Counted from the stretch's first letter, positions 1-9,254 are shown. The stretch: DNA of 64,000 nucleotides from Clostridia bacterium (GCA_017625465.1 JAGAKS010000017.1:156946-220945); one strand, 5' to 3'. Program-made: numbers and translations. Notes: generated by a model from the letters alone, not told the origin.

Positions 1-880
1 TACAAAAGAAAGTTTAATGGAGTTATTTGAACTTGCTTCAAAGATTAAAGCTCATCCAGAAAACTATACTGAGGAGCTAAAAAATAAAGTTATAGCAGTA
101 ATGTTTTTTGAACCAAGTACAAGAACAAGAATGTCATTTGAAGCAGCTATTCAAAGATTAGGTGGAAAAATGATAGTAACAGAAAATGGAAGAGAAAATT
201 CTTCAGCTAGAAAAGGTGAATCTTTGGAAGATACAATTAGAGTTTTAGATAAATATACTGATGCAATTGTTATGCGCCATTCAAGAGATGATGCAGCAAT
301 TGTTGCAGATAGTGTTTCAAGAGTACCAATTATAAATGCAGGTAGTGGTAAATCAGAACATCCTACGCAAGCACTTTTAGATGTATTTACAATAATGAAT
401 AAAAGAGGTAGCGTAGATGGAACAAAATTGGCGATTTTAGGCGATTTAAAGTATGGAAGAACAACTCACTCATTACTTCAATTAATTTCGTTATTTGACG
501 ATATAGAGGTTTTTGGATTAAGCAAAAAAGAATTTATGCTACCACAAGAATATATAGATTTCTTAACTTCAAAAGGAATAAAATATACAGTATGTAATAG
601 TTTTGAAGATTTACCAAAAGATATTGACGTTTTATACCATACTCGTATTCAATCTGAAAGATTTGAAGGAGATTTTGGAAAAGAAGAATATATAATAAAT
701 AAAGCTGTCTTAGATACTTTCTCAGATAAAGCTATGGTGCTTCATCCATTACCAAGAAATGAAGAAATTTCAACAGATATTGATGATGATCCAAGAGCTA
801 TGTATTTTGAACAAGCAGAGAATGGTATGTATATTAGAATGGCACTTTTAAAGGATATTTTAGTAGATAGCAAAAAATAA
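1..880 (+). CDS. pyrB: aspartate carbamoyltransferase catalytic subunit, 5' end outside window
   Basis: STRTR carbamoyl-phosphate binding motif, HPTQ and C-terminal HPLP motifs; frame is open to position 2 so the N-terminus lies upstream of the window. Confidence 0.85.
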   Translation, partial: TKESLMELFELASKIKAHPENYTEELKNKVIAVMFFEPSTRTRMSFEAAIQRLGGKMIVTENGRENSSARKGESLEDTIRVLDKYTDAIVMRHSRDDAAIVADSVSRVPIINAGSGKSEHPTQALLDVFTIMNKRGSVDGTKLAILGDLKYGRTTHSLLQLISLFDDIEVFGLSKKEFMLPQEYIDFLTSKGIKYTVCNSFEDLPKDIDVLYHTRIQSERFEGDFGKEEYIINKAVLDTFSDKAMVLHPLPRNEEISTDIDDDPRAMYFEQAENGMYIRMALLKDILVDSKK

Positions 881-891
881 TTTTGTATAAA

Positions 892-928
892 TAAACAGGA
901 ATGAATTTTTTCATTCCTGTTTTTCTTT
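892..928. terminator. bidirectional rho-independent terminator between convergent pyrB and small ORF
   Basis: inverted repeat aaacaggaatgaa/ttcattcctgttt flanked by T/A runs. Confidence 0.6.
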
Positions 929-1141
929 TTGTGTAGAGTTGGATTTTATAAATTTATCAATTTTTTTGTTTATTGAATTAATTTTTATACCAGCTAGAAA
1001 ACCGTTTGCTTTCATGATTTCGTGCTTTTTGTCTAGCAATTCTTTGACCTCTTGAACATTTTCAGGAGATACTTTTGAAAGAATGGTATCATATTCAATT
1101 TTAAGTGTTACTAAGTCTAAATATCTTGAATTTGCTTCCAT
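911..1141 (-). CDS. hypothetical small protein (76 aa)
   Basis: ORF with good RBS (AAGGAAGGAG) upstream of ATG; no recognisable motif. Confidence 0.45.
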   Translation of the reverse strand: MEANSRYLDLVTLKIEYDTILSKVSPENVQEVKELLDKKHEIMKANGFLAGIKINSINKKIDKFIKSNSTQKEKQE

Positions 1142-1179
1142 AAAATAACTCCTTCCTTTTTTGTTACTTAAAAATTATA

Positions 1180-1875
1180 TCATAATTCTTTAAAATAGTC
1201 CATAATTCCAGCATAAATTCCCCAAGCAATATTATTTTGATATTCATCCGTTTGAAGGAGTTTGGTGTCTTCATAATTAGAAAGAAAGCCACATTCAACA
1301 GTAATTGCAGGAATTTTGCTATTATCCATCAAATATATATTTGATAATGGCAGAATAGTCCTTTTATTCGGACGGTCAATTGCATAGTTTAAATTGTTTT
1401 GAACAAAACTTGCAAGTTTTTTACTTTTCTCATTTTCTTTTTGGTAAAAGGTTTGCCAGCCATAGTATTGCTTGCCATTAATTTTATTAAGATGTACAGA
1501 TACTAAAATTTCTGAAATTGAATTATTTGCTAGTTCAACACGTTTAGATAAATCAGAATATTTTTTGCTTTTAGCATCCGCATCATAAATACCGTTTTCA
1601 TCTGAACGAGTAAGGATTACGTTGCAGTTGGATGCTTCTAATAGCTCTTGCAGTTTAAAGATAATGTTTAAATTTATTTCTTGTTCAGAAATTCCATCTT
1701 CGCTTACAGCTCCACCATCTGGTAGTCCATGCCCAGCATCTAATACAACTGTGTGGTCTGTTACGGGTGTAGAAGAGGTGGGAAGCGTAGCGGGAGTTCT
1801 AAATGAAAAATATGAAATACTGAAAACTATTGCTAAACACATAAATATAATTTGCTTTTTTCTTAAAACATACAT
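1180..1875 (-). CDS. cwlD: N-acetylmuramoyl-L-alanine amidase, CwlD-like (germination-specific, Amidase_3)
   Basis: N-terminal signal/TM, VVLDAGHG...E...H (LVSVHLN) zinc-binding pattern typical of Amidase_3/CwlD, ~230 aa. Confidence 0.8.
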   Translation of the reverse strand: MYVLRKKQIIFMCLAIVFSISYFSFRTPATLPTSSTPVTDHTVVLDAGHGLPDGGAVSEDGISEQEINLNIIFKLQELLEASNCNVILTRSDENGIYDADAKSKKYSDLSKRVELANNSISEILVSVHLNKINGKQYYGWQTFYQKENEKSKKLASFVQNNLNYAIDRPNKRTILPLSNIYLMDNSKIPAITVECGFLSNYEDTKLLQTDEYQNNIAWGIYAGIMDYFKEL

Positions 1876-2009
1876 AATATCACCTATCTTATAGTGTATG
1901 AAAATGAATAAGTTTTATGACTAAATAGACATTTGTTAGGGGGAATATAGAAAAATAAAATGTTTTATGATATAGTAATAAAGTCAAAGAAAATATGGAG
2001 GAAAATTAT

Positions 2010-2360
2010 ATGAATTTATTTGTTGAATATCCAAAATGTACTACTTGTAAAAAGGCTAAAAAATGGCTTGAAGATAATAATATCGAGTTTGTAGATAGAA
2101 ATATTGTTACTGAAACACCGACAGAAAAGGAGCTAATAGAATGGATAGCTAAAAGTGGGTTAGATATTAAAAAATGGTTTAATACTAGTGGGTTAAAATA
2201 TAAAGAACTAAACTTGAAAGAAAAACTATTAGTAATGAGCGATGATGAAAAAATTAAGTTACTAGCAAGTGATGGAATGCTTATAAAGAGACCATTATTA
2301 ATATCTGACAAAGGTATTTTTGCTGGATTTAAAGAAGAAATGTGGAAAGTATTAAGGTAA
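2010..2360 (+). CDS. ArsC/Spx-family protein (YffB-like arsenate-reductase fold)
   Basis: N-terminal YPKCTTCKKAKKWL thioredoxin-like CxxC-type motif and ~115 aa size; start chosen at ATG 2010 after GGAGG RBS. Confidence 0.7.
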   Translation: MNLFVEYPKCTTCKKAKKWLEDNNIEFVDRNIVTETPTEKELIEWIAKSGLDIKKWFNTSGLKYKELNLKEKLLVMSDDEKIKLLASDGMLIKRPLLISDKGIFAGFKEEMWKVLR

Positions 2361-2363
2361 AAT

Positions 2364-2864
2364 ATGTTATATATATGTTCACAAATTGTGGGATTTATTG
2401 GATTTATAATATCTTTAATTGCATATCATAGGGATACCAAAGAAAAGATTTTTAAAAGTATGATTATAGCTAATATTTTAGACATAGTACATTATTTATT
2501 ATTGTCTGCGTACAGTGGCTGCGCTACTAAAGTAATGGCTTTAATTAGAAATATTGTAATTGTTATTAAAGAAAAAATAAAATTTTTACAATCTGTTTTG
2601 ATTTTGGCAATATTTATAATGCTGTATGTTTTGGTAGGAATATTTACATACAATGGCTTTTGGTCAATTCTCCCTGTTTTAGCTGCAATTATTTATATGA
2701 TTGCTGTTTGGAATGGAGATGAAATTACAGTCAAAAAAGCTGCTTTTGCATGCTACTTTTTATGGCTTGTATACAATATATTTGTTTTCTCTATTGCAGG
2801 TATTGTATCAAATACAATTGCTATTGTTTCAACGTTTGTGGCGGTGAGGAGAGAAAAGAGATAG
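2364..2864 (+). CDS. polytopic membrane protein (YgjV-like)
   Basis: 166 aa, several hydrophobic helices; no catalytic motif. Confidence 0.45.
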   Translation: MLYICSQIVGFIGFIISLIAYHRDTKEKIFKSMIIANILDIVHYLLLSAYSGCATKVMALIRNIVIVIKEKIKFLQSVLILAIFIMLYVLVGIFTYNGFWSILPVLAAIIYMIAVWNGDEITVKKAAFACYFLWLVYNIFVFSIAGIVSNTIAIVSTFVAVRREKR

Positions 2865-2894
2865 AGTAATATTGAAATGAAAATAGTAGGTTAG

Positions 2895-2910
2895 CTCATA
2901 ACCCGAAGGT
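2895..2910. repeat. left copy of 16-bp direct repeat CTCATAACCCGAAGGT (att core)
   Basis: identical 16-mer recurs at 20531-20546; the two copies bracket an integrase-bearing region. Confidence 0.65.
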
Positions 2911-2939
2911 CGTAAGTTCGAGTCTTACCCCCGCAACCA
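2895..2939 (+). tRNA. 3' half of initiator tRNA-fMet (anticodon CAU) - fragment only, no 5' half; forms the left att repeat
   Basis: CTCATAACCCGAAGG = anticodon loop (C-U-CAU-A-A) with three C of the anticodon stem; then GTAAG-TTCGAGT-CTTAC T-arm, CCCCGCA acceptor 3' strand, discriminator A and CCA; near-identical to E. coli tRNA-fMet 3' half. Upstream sequence cannot pair as D-arm/acceptor 5' strand. Confidence 0.75.
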
Positions 2940-2950
2940 AGAAATTAACT

Positions 2951-2988
2951 AGAGTCGCAAGAGATTGCAGACTCTTATTTTTTTGACC
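2951..2988 (+). terminator. rho-independent terminator immediately after the tRNA fragment
   Basis: agagtc...gactct stem followed by TTATTTTTTT. Confidence 0.65.
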
Positions 2989-3028
2989 TTGACGTAATTT
3001 TGACGTAAATGGGGACAGCTTGGGGACA
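2989..3028. promoter_or_regulatory. candidate integrase/Xis arm-type binding repeats (2x TTGACGTAA, 2x GGGGACA)
   Basis: TTGACGTAA at 2989-2997 and 3000-3008; GGGGACA at 3011-3017 and 3022-3028; GGGGACA also occurs twice near the other end (20393-20399, 20404-20410). Confidence 0.35.
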
Positions 3029-3132
3029 CAAGCTTTTATAAAGCTCATAAAATAGCATAAATCCTCATTTATAATATTAAAAAAAGCAATTTTTGAACTT
3101 ATTGAAATCAAGAGTTTTAGCTGATAAGTATG

Positions 3133-4335
3133 TTAGTTTTTATCTACTAATAAATTTTGCAAGACTATACCTGCACTTCTATTATGAGAAGCAAGTGGAT
3201 GGACATAGAAATTAAATGTTGTGCTAATTTGAGCATGTCCTAATCTTGCAGCTACAACTGCTACATCAACATTTTGTGAAATAAGTAGAGTAGCATTTGT
3301 ATGTCTGATACCATGAAAATTCAAATAAGGTAGTCCTATCTTTTGAACAAATTTAACAAACCATTTACTTACTGTATCAGGATGCATAGGTTTGCCATTA
3401 TCTTGTATAAATAATCTATTAGATTCTTCCCAGAATTCACCACAAAGATCTTTTTGACTATCATACCATATTTTATATTCCTCTAGTATTTCGATGACAG
3501 AATCAGGTATAGAAATATGTCTAAAAGAACTAGGTGTTTTAGGTGGTTTTGTATAAACTCCTGTACTTGCTAAATATTGACTTGATTTGTTTACAGTTAT
3601 TTCTTTATTCTTGAAATCAATATTTTCCCAGTCAAGTCCCATTAATTCACCTAATCTAACTCCAGTAAATACTGTAAGAATAATAGCAACCTTATACTTC
3701 ATCTCATTCTCTGCAAGCTCATTTAATCCTTTTAGAAGAACTTTGCATTGTTCATCATCATAGAATCTACGTTGAGCTTTTGGTGCTCTTGGTGGTTGAA
3801 CTCTTTCAGCGGGATTATAAGGTATAAGTTGCCAATATACAGCTTTGTGTAGCATTGCACTTATTAATCTATGATGTTCTAGAATAGTCTTTTTTGATAA
3901 TGGTTTTAAAGTACGTTCACCATTGTTTTTAGCAAGTCTTTTTATTTGTGTATCTTGTTCTAGCATATCATATAATTTCATAAGATTTGTAGGTTTGATT
4001 TTTTCTAAAGTAAAAGAACCTAAGTAAGGAAGAATTCTGCTCTCTAACATTCCAACATATCTGTTATAAGTAGATGGTGCTAAATCTTTTGTGCCATAGT
4101 TTACTTGCCATATATGATAGAATTCTTCAAAAGTTACTGGTTTTCCTTCAGGTACTAATCCACGATTAGCTTCTGTAACAAACTCTGCAAGTGCAATCTC
4201 AGCGTCTTTACGAGTTCCGTGAATAGTTTTTGTTCTTCTAGCTCTAGATCCATCAAGATTTTTACCAGTAGATACTACTAACCTATAAGTATTTTCACCT
4301 CTTTTTTCAATACTCCCAGCCATTGCCTTTTTCAC
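3133..4335 (-). CDS. int: tyrosine site-specific recombinase (phage-type integrase) with N-terminal arm-binding domain
   Basis: C-terminal HGIRHT...LGHAQISTTFNFYVH (R..H-x-x-R...Y catalytic pattern), N-terminal AP2-like arm DNA-binding region, 400 aa. Confidence 0.9.
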   Translation of the reverse strand: MKKAMAGSIEKRGENTYRLVVSTGKNLDGSRARRTKTIHGTRKDAEIALAEFVTEANRGLVPEGKPVTFEEFYHIWQVNYGTKDLAPSTYNRYVGMLESRILPYLGSFTLEKIKPTNLMKLYDMLEQDTQIKRLAKNNGERTLKPLSKKTILEHHRLISAMLHKAVYWQLIPYNPAERVQPPRAPKAQRRFYDDEQCKVLLKGLNELAENEMKYKVAIILTVFTGVRLGELMGLDWENIDFKNKEITVNKSSQYLASTGVYTKPPKTPSSFRHISIPDSVIEILEEYKIWYDSQKDLCGEFWEESNRLFIQDNGKPMHPDTVSKWFVKFVQKIGLPYLNFHGIRHTNATLLISQNVDVAVVAARLGHAQISTTFNFYVHPLASHNRSAGIVLQNLLVDKN

Positions 4336-4596
4336 CTCCTTTCAGGCATAACCATGGGTGAGAGTTTCATATTTAATTGTGATTATTATATATCAAAATA
4401 TTGATGATTACTAGTGGATTTTGCTTATTTTTCAAGTATTACAAAGATTACAGTATAATTCATAAAAGAACTTATATAAAACAATAAAAAACTAGATAAA
4501 ATGTAATATTAGATTAAAATGTCGTAAAAAGTCGAATTATATCAGAAAAAAGATATTACAAATGTTTACTCATATATGGATAAAAAAGGAAAAATA

Positions 4597-4605
4597 TGTT
4601 ATAAT
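4597..4605 (+). promoter_or_regulatory. extended -10 promoter element (TGTTATAAT) upstream of the KAP NTPase gene
   Basis: TGnTATAAT match, weak -35 TGGATA 17 bp upstream. Confidence 0.4.
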
Positions 4606-4620
4606 TTCTGTATCACAAAA

Positions 4621-4655
4621 GAGAAAGTAGAAAATTACCTACTTTCTCTTTTTGC
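4621..4655 (+). promoter_or_regulatory. leader hairpin plus T-run between promoter and start codon (terminator/attenuator-like)
   Basis: gagaaagtag-aaaattac-ctactttctc perfect 10-bp stem followed by TTTTT, located 10 bp before the RBS GGAG. Confidence 0.4.
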
Positions 4656-4670
4656 TTATAGGAGATGAAA

Positions 4671-7600
4671 ATGAAAAAGTTATTATTGAAAATAAAAAGA
4701 ATTGCACTTATGGAGATAAGTTTTAAGAAAAGAAAACAAAATAACAAAATAGAGGGAAATAACAACTCTGTTGTTTATATAAATAAACCTATAAATGAAA
4801 TAAATAATGATGTGCTAGGAATAAATACACACTTAAATAGAATCGACAAAGCAATAGATAAAGGTGCAAATGTTATAGGAATAATAGGAGATTATGGTAC
4901 AGGTAAATCAAGCCTAATAGAATTATTAAAAAATAAGTATGAAAAACCTATTATGATAAATATGTGGAACTATTCTAATGCAAATAGTAATGAAGATGAT
5001 GGAATAAATGGTCTTACAAGAAATTTTTTATTTCAAATGGCTATAGGTGAAGATACAAAATTTGCTCAATATGTAAATAAAAAATTAAGTAAAAATTATG
5101 GGATTTTATCTATAATTAAATCTGGAGAAAAATTTTGGCGTAATTTTATACCTGCAATTGTTTTTTGGATAATATATAAAATTGGAGAAACATTTCCAAA
5201 TAGTATATATGATACAGCTGCATACAAATCACTTAATAATGCATATGGTGCAAACTTTTTTCCAGACGGATTATGGCAAAATATAATATATGTTTTGTAT
5301 GGATTTGTAGCTAATTTTTATATAATATTTGCTTTAGTAGCTTTGTTCTTTGCAATAAAAGCAATTCTAAAAACAACAATAGTTTTTTCTTTATGGGATT
5401 CTCAAGGGAAAAGATGTCCAGATGCAACTGATATATATGATATATATCTAGAAGTTGCTCAAAGAATATTAAAAGGTAAAAATAAAAGAATTGTCATAAT
5501 TGAAGATTTGGATAGAATTAATGATATAGAAAAAATAAAAGAATTTATAAAGGAAATCTATAGATTTAATAATGTATTGCCTGAAAACTTAAAAAATAAA
5601 CTAGTGTATGTGATTGAAGTTAAATCAGAAGAGGCTATGAGTATTATAGAAAACCAAATAGAAGAAGTGAATATAGACAAATTATTTAAAAAAGTTTTTT
5701 ATTTTAAAGTATTATTAAATCCAATTCATAATATGGATTGCGATGAAATAGTTTTGGATTTGCTTAAGAATCAAGAAGAAAGGATAAATAAACAATTAGG
5801 CATAAAACTAGGGAATACACTACCTGAAGAATTTGCGTATATTGTCAAGGGAACAAATTTAACAATTAGAGATTTGAAAGATAGATTAAATAGAAGTTTC
5901 GAAATATATGAAAATCTAGATGAGAAAGGGAAAAAGACGGGTGCAATTATTGATTTTAGAAAATGTACAATTGTAGCTTATTTAGAAAGCAAATATCCAC
6001 AAAGTATTAGAAAGTTTGTAACTGAAGAAGAATACTTCAAAAATCTTCTAAATAATTCATATGTCATTAAGCAAATGCCAAATGTGTCATTAACAGATAA
6101 AAAAGATAGAATAAAAAAACTAATAGATATAAAAATAGATGATGATTTTAAGGATGAAGTAGCTAATTTAATAGCAAATGATCTAATTAATGATGATTTC
6201 AGACTGTATTTTTATAATTACCCTAAAGGTCAGAAAATAAAAAGCAGTGAAGAAGAATATGTAGAACGATTACTATTATATCCAAGCAAAAATGAAGAAG
6301 TAGATGAAGAGAAAATTAAAAAAGCGCTAAAGGAAGATAGCAACATAGTTTACAAATGTTTGGATAGAAGAAGAAAAGAAAATTTATTGTTTGATAGAAC
6401 AATATTTGAAAGTGAGACTTTGTATTCAATAGCAATAAAATTCTTCTATGATAAAGTACAGGAATTATTACAAAAAGATATAAAATGGAAATCTGAATAT
6501 AGAAATGAATCAGGAAGAGTTTTAAATAAAATATCTAAATATAATGTGGATTCAAAGAATCTTTTTGAAGAATATTCAAAGTTTTTAACTAAAGAATTTA
6601 AGCAACTGTCTGAAAAAGAGTTAATAGGTGCAAGGGCAGAGATAATAAAAAATTCCAATGAGTATATTACATGTTTTAAGTCTATATTTATAAATGATGA
6701 TATTAGTTTAATATCGAAAGAAGAAATAGATTTAATAGAAGATATTGGCATTGTAATGCAATTGGTAAATACAGATGCAATAGATGAAAAAAATGCAGAA
6801 TATATAATAAATATACTAAATGCTAATAAATTATCAGATGAGAATTTTATATGTGCAAAAGAAATATATTATTCTATGGATGAAACCGTAGAATTGGAAA
6901 GCATTGCTCATAGTTTATTAGATTTTCTAATGATAAATAATAAAACTGATGATCTATTATTCAAAAATGTTGTAAACAATTATTTGAGTACTGATTCAGA
7001 AATAGAAGAAATAGAGATAGTTAAGTATTTAAATTTATTAGATATTAATGATATTACAGAAGAATATCTAAATAATATTGATTTATTGAAGATAACTGAA
7101 GAATTGTCAGAAGATATACTAAATAAGTTAAAGGAAAATGGATTAAAACATACATTATGGATAAATTTAATTATACAAGATAGATGTAATGAAGTAGACT
7201 TAAGTGAAAATTATGAAGAAAATTTAAAAATTATTTCAGAAATATCTGATGTATTAGATGATAGTATAATAAATCTAAGAAAAGAATTAATAAGTAAAAA
7301 TTTATCAAATGAATATAAAGAACTGTTTTTTGATGATTATCCTATAATTACACCTGAAGAATTGGGAATGTTAGATACTATTGGAGGTATTATTAATTTA
7401 ACGAATTTTAATAAAGTTGATATTAATAATTTAAATGGTATTGTTAATAAAATTAATAATCTATATTCAACAGGAGAAGAATTAATAGAAATTATAGGTG
7501 TATTTGATAAGAAAGAAAATAGTATTTCAGATATAAATATAACAAATAAATTTTTTGATATATTTGAATGGAATAAAGACCTAGTAAAAATGCTAACAGA

Positions 7601-8351
7601 AGATCAGAGAAGTTATATATATAATGTTTTAAAGAACAATTTAAGACTGACTGACTATAACTATGAAATAAAATTTTCACATAAAATAGGTTATATTATA
7701 ACTGAAATAGATAATGAATTATATATAAAGGCTAAAAATGATATAAATTGTTATGAACAGTATATGGAATTAGTAAATCAATTGGATATACCAACAGAAC
7801 AAACTATAACCAATATAATAAACTTTAATAGCGAATATAAACTTAATATTAATATAACGAATTATTTATGGAGCAAAGGATATTATACAGAAAGTATAAT
7901 AGGAAGAGTTCTTTTTGAAAATAGTATTAATGTTAAGTTGGCCAAGGAATCATTAAACCTATATGCAGAGGCATATAATAAAACAGAAAAAGCACATGAT
8001 ATAATGGCTAGTAATGATGAATTTATACAGTTAATGATGGATAATGAGAATTATAAAGAATTTAAGACAAAGAAAAAATTAGAACCTTTCTATAGATTAA
8101 GACAGCCTATAACATTTGTAAAACATGTTTTTGAAACTTTAGAAGAAACAGACATATATGAATATTTAAAATGCAGTTGGCATTTAGATACAGAAGAAGA
8201 TAGTGAAAAATTTCAAAGATTGATTTGTGAAGATAGGTATATAAAGTTTATAGAAAGTTCTGAAATGTATAATATTGTTTGGGAGAAATTATGGAAAACA
8301 TCTCATAAAGGATTATTAACAAAGGCAAGAAATAAAAGATACAATAATTAA
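4671..8351 (+). CDS. KAP-family P-loop NTPase with transmembrane insert and ~800-aa C-terminal extension (1226 aa)
   Basis: Walker A GDYGTGKSS; two to four hydrophobic helices (IPAIVFWIIY..., IYVLYGFVANFYIIFALVALFFAIKAIL) inserted before the Walker B RIVIIEDLDR (hhhhDDLDR KAP signature); start at second ATG (4671) with RBS spacing. Confidence 0.75.
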   Translation: MKKLLLKIKRIALMEISFKKRKQNNKIEGNNNSVVYINKPINEINNDVLGINTHLNRIDKAIDKGANVIGIIGDYGTGKSSLIELLKNKYEKPIMINMWNYSNANSNEDDGINGLTRNFLFQMAIGEDTKFAQYVNKKLSKNYGILSIIKSGEKFWRNFIPAIVFWIIYKIGETFPNSIYDTAAYKSLNNAYGANFFPDGLWQNIIYVLYGFVANFYIIFALVALFFAIKAILKTTIVFSLWDSQGKRCPDATDIYDIYLEVAQRILKGKNKRIVIIEDLDRINDIEKIKEFIKEIYRFNNVLPENLKNKLVYVIEVKSEEAMSIIENQIEEVNIDKLFKKVFYFKVLLNPIHNMDCDEIVLDLLKNQEERINKQLGIKLGNTLPEEFAYIVKGTNLTIRDLKDRLNRSFEIYENLDEKGKKTGAIIDFRKCTIVAYLESKYPQSIRKFVTEEEYFKNLLNNSYVIKQMPNVSLTDKKDRIKKLIDIKIDDDFKDEVANLIANDLINDDFRLYFYNYPKGQKIKSSEEEYVERLLLYPSKNEEVDEEKIKKALKEDSNIVYKCLDRRRKENLLFDRTIFESETLYSIAIKFFYDKVQELLQKDIKWKSEYRNESGRVLNKISKYNVDSKNLFEEYSKFLTKEFKQLSEKELIGARAEIIKNSNEYITCFKSIFINDDISLISKEEIDLIEDIGIVMQLVNTDAIDEKNAEYIINILNANKLSDENFICAKEIYYSMDETVELESIAHSLLDFLMINNKTDDLLFKNVVNNYLSTDSEIEEIEIVKYLNLLDINDITEEYLNNIDLLKITEELSEDILNKLKENGLKHTLWINLIIQDRCNEVDLSENYEENLKIISEISDVLDDSIINLRKELISKNLSNEYKELFFDDYPIITPEELGMLDTIGGIINLTNFNKVDINNLNGIVNKINNLYSTGEELIEIIGVFDKKENSISDINITNKFFDIFEWNKDLVKMLTEDQRSYIYNVLKNNLRLTDYNYEIKFSHKIGYIITEIDNELYIKAKNDINCYEQYMELVNQLDIPTEQTITNIINFNSEYKLNINITNYLWSKGYYTESIIGRVLFENSINVKLAKESLNLYAEAYNKTEKAHDIMASNDEFIQLMMDNENYKEFKTKKKLEPFYRLRQPITFVKHVFETLEETDIYEYLKCSWHLDTEEDSEKFQRLICEDRYIKFIESSEMYNIVWEKLWKTSHKGLLTKARNKRYNN

Positions 8352-8354
8352 AAA

Positions 8355-8392
8355 TAAGTAGAGTCCATTTGGATTCTACTTATTTTTTGCTC
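8355..8392. terminator. bidirectional terminator between convergent KAP NTPase gene and 292-aa gene
   Basis: aagtagagtcc/ggattctactt imperfect inverted repeat flanked by A/T runs. Confidence 0.5.
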
Positions 8393-9254
8393 TATTTTTA
8401 TAAACATTTGCTTTATTCTTACATTGAGGAGTATGATATTCTGCTTTAGGATTAACAGCAAGAAAAGCTTTATTACAGAATTTACATATCTTTAATAGAT
8501 TAATATCTTGTGCTACTGTTTTAGCAAAGTAATAATCGATATATTGTTTTAAACAGGTGATTTGAAATTCAACAACTAAAGTTTCTTTTCTAGATAAACT
8601 CATTTTAATATTGTTAATTTCAAATTGTTTTAATAATTCATCTATATTGTAATTATCTTCATTAGAAATATTATTTAATAAACTATATAAGTATTTAGCA
8701 TATTGAATAAACATATCTAGAGGTTCACAATATAAATTAGATCCTGCTAATAATTTATTTACATCATATAACATATATTTTTCCATGGCAGGAGTTTCAG
8801 CTAATTTAATTGCGGCATTTATTAATTCCTTAATCTGACTATCATCACAAGTAGGGAAGAACAATTTAAAATATTTCTTTCTATCTACTACTGTTGTTAA
8901 ATCAGAATTTCCAATATAGTTATAATCTTTTAAAACTATTTTATTATCTAAGAAAAAGTATTTATTTAAAGGTAAATCGTTTATTAATCCTAATGTAGAA
9001 TATTTATTTACAAAGTCTAAAACACTTTTTTCTATATCATTTTCGTTATAAAAAGCTAATTTACCAATATTTAATAAATCTATTAAAATAGATTCTTCAA
9101 AATCTTTTTCTATATCAATTAATGGAGCACCACTAGAGTGCTTTTTATTTATACTATCTGAAACTATATATTTAGTTTTGCTTATTTCTTTAATTTCATA
9201 TTTAGCAAATTTAAAAATATTTTTTCCTTCAAATGCACTAAAATTAAGGCTCAT
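8376..9254 (-). CDS. hypothetical protein (292 aa) with C-terminal Cys/His cluster, convergent partner of KAP NTPase
   Basis: long ORF with strong RBS (AGGAGG); C-terminal CKFCNKAF...HTPQCKNKANVYKNRAK suggests zinc-ribbon; no other motif recognised. Confidence 0.5.
   Translation of the reverse strand: MSLNFSAFEGKNIFKFAKYEIKEISKTKYIVSDSINKKHSSGAPLIDIEKDFEESILIDLLNIGKLAFYNENDIEKSVLDFVNKYSTLGLINDLPLNKYFFLDNKIVLKDYNYIGNSDLTTVVDRKKYFKLFFPTCDDSQIKELINAAIKLAETPAMEKYMLYDVNKLLAGSNLYCEPLDMFIQYAKYLYSLLNNISNEDNYNIDELLKQFEINNIKMSLSRKETLVVEFQITCLKQYIDYYFAKTVAQDINLLKICKFCNKAFLAVNPKAEYHTPQCKNKANVYKNRAKNK

Noticed and set aside
1622-2311. ORFs 1622-1894(+) and 2006-2311(-)
   Set aside because: Antisense shadows of cwlD and the ArsC-like gene with low-complexity translations
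2860-2939. Intact tRNA-Met gene
   Set aside because: Only the 3' 45 nt fold as tRNA; upstream bases cannot form the acceptor 5' strand or D-arm, so it is called as a fragment and att site rather than a gene
2896-3111. 71-aa minus-strand ORF overlapping the tRNA fragment and terminator
   Set aside because: Lies antisense across a tRNA-derived sequence, a terminator and the att repeat region; no RBS; taken as chance ORF
6446-7680. Minus-strand ORFs inside the KAP NTPase gene
   Set aside because: Antisense shadow ORFs typical of AT-rich coding sequence
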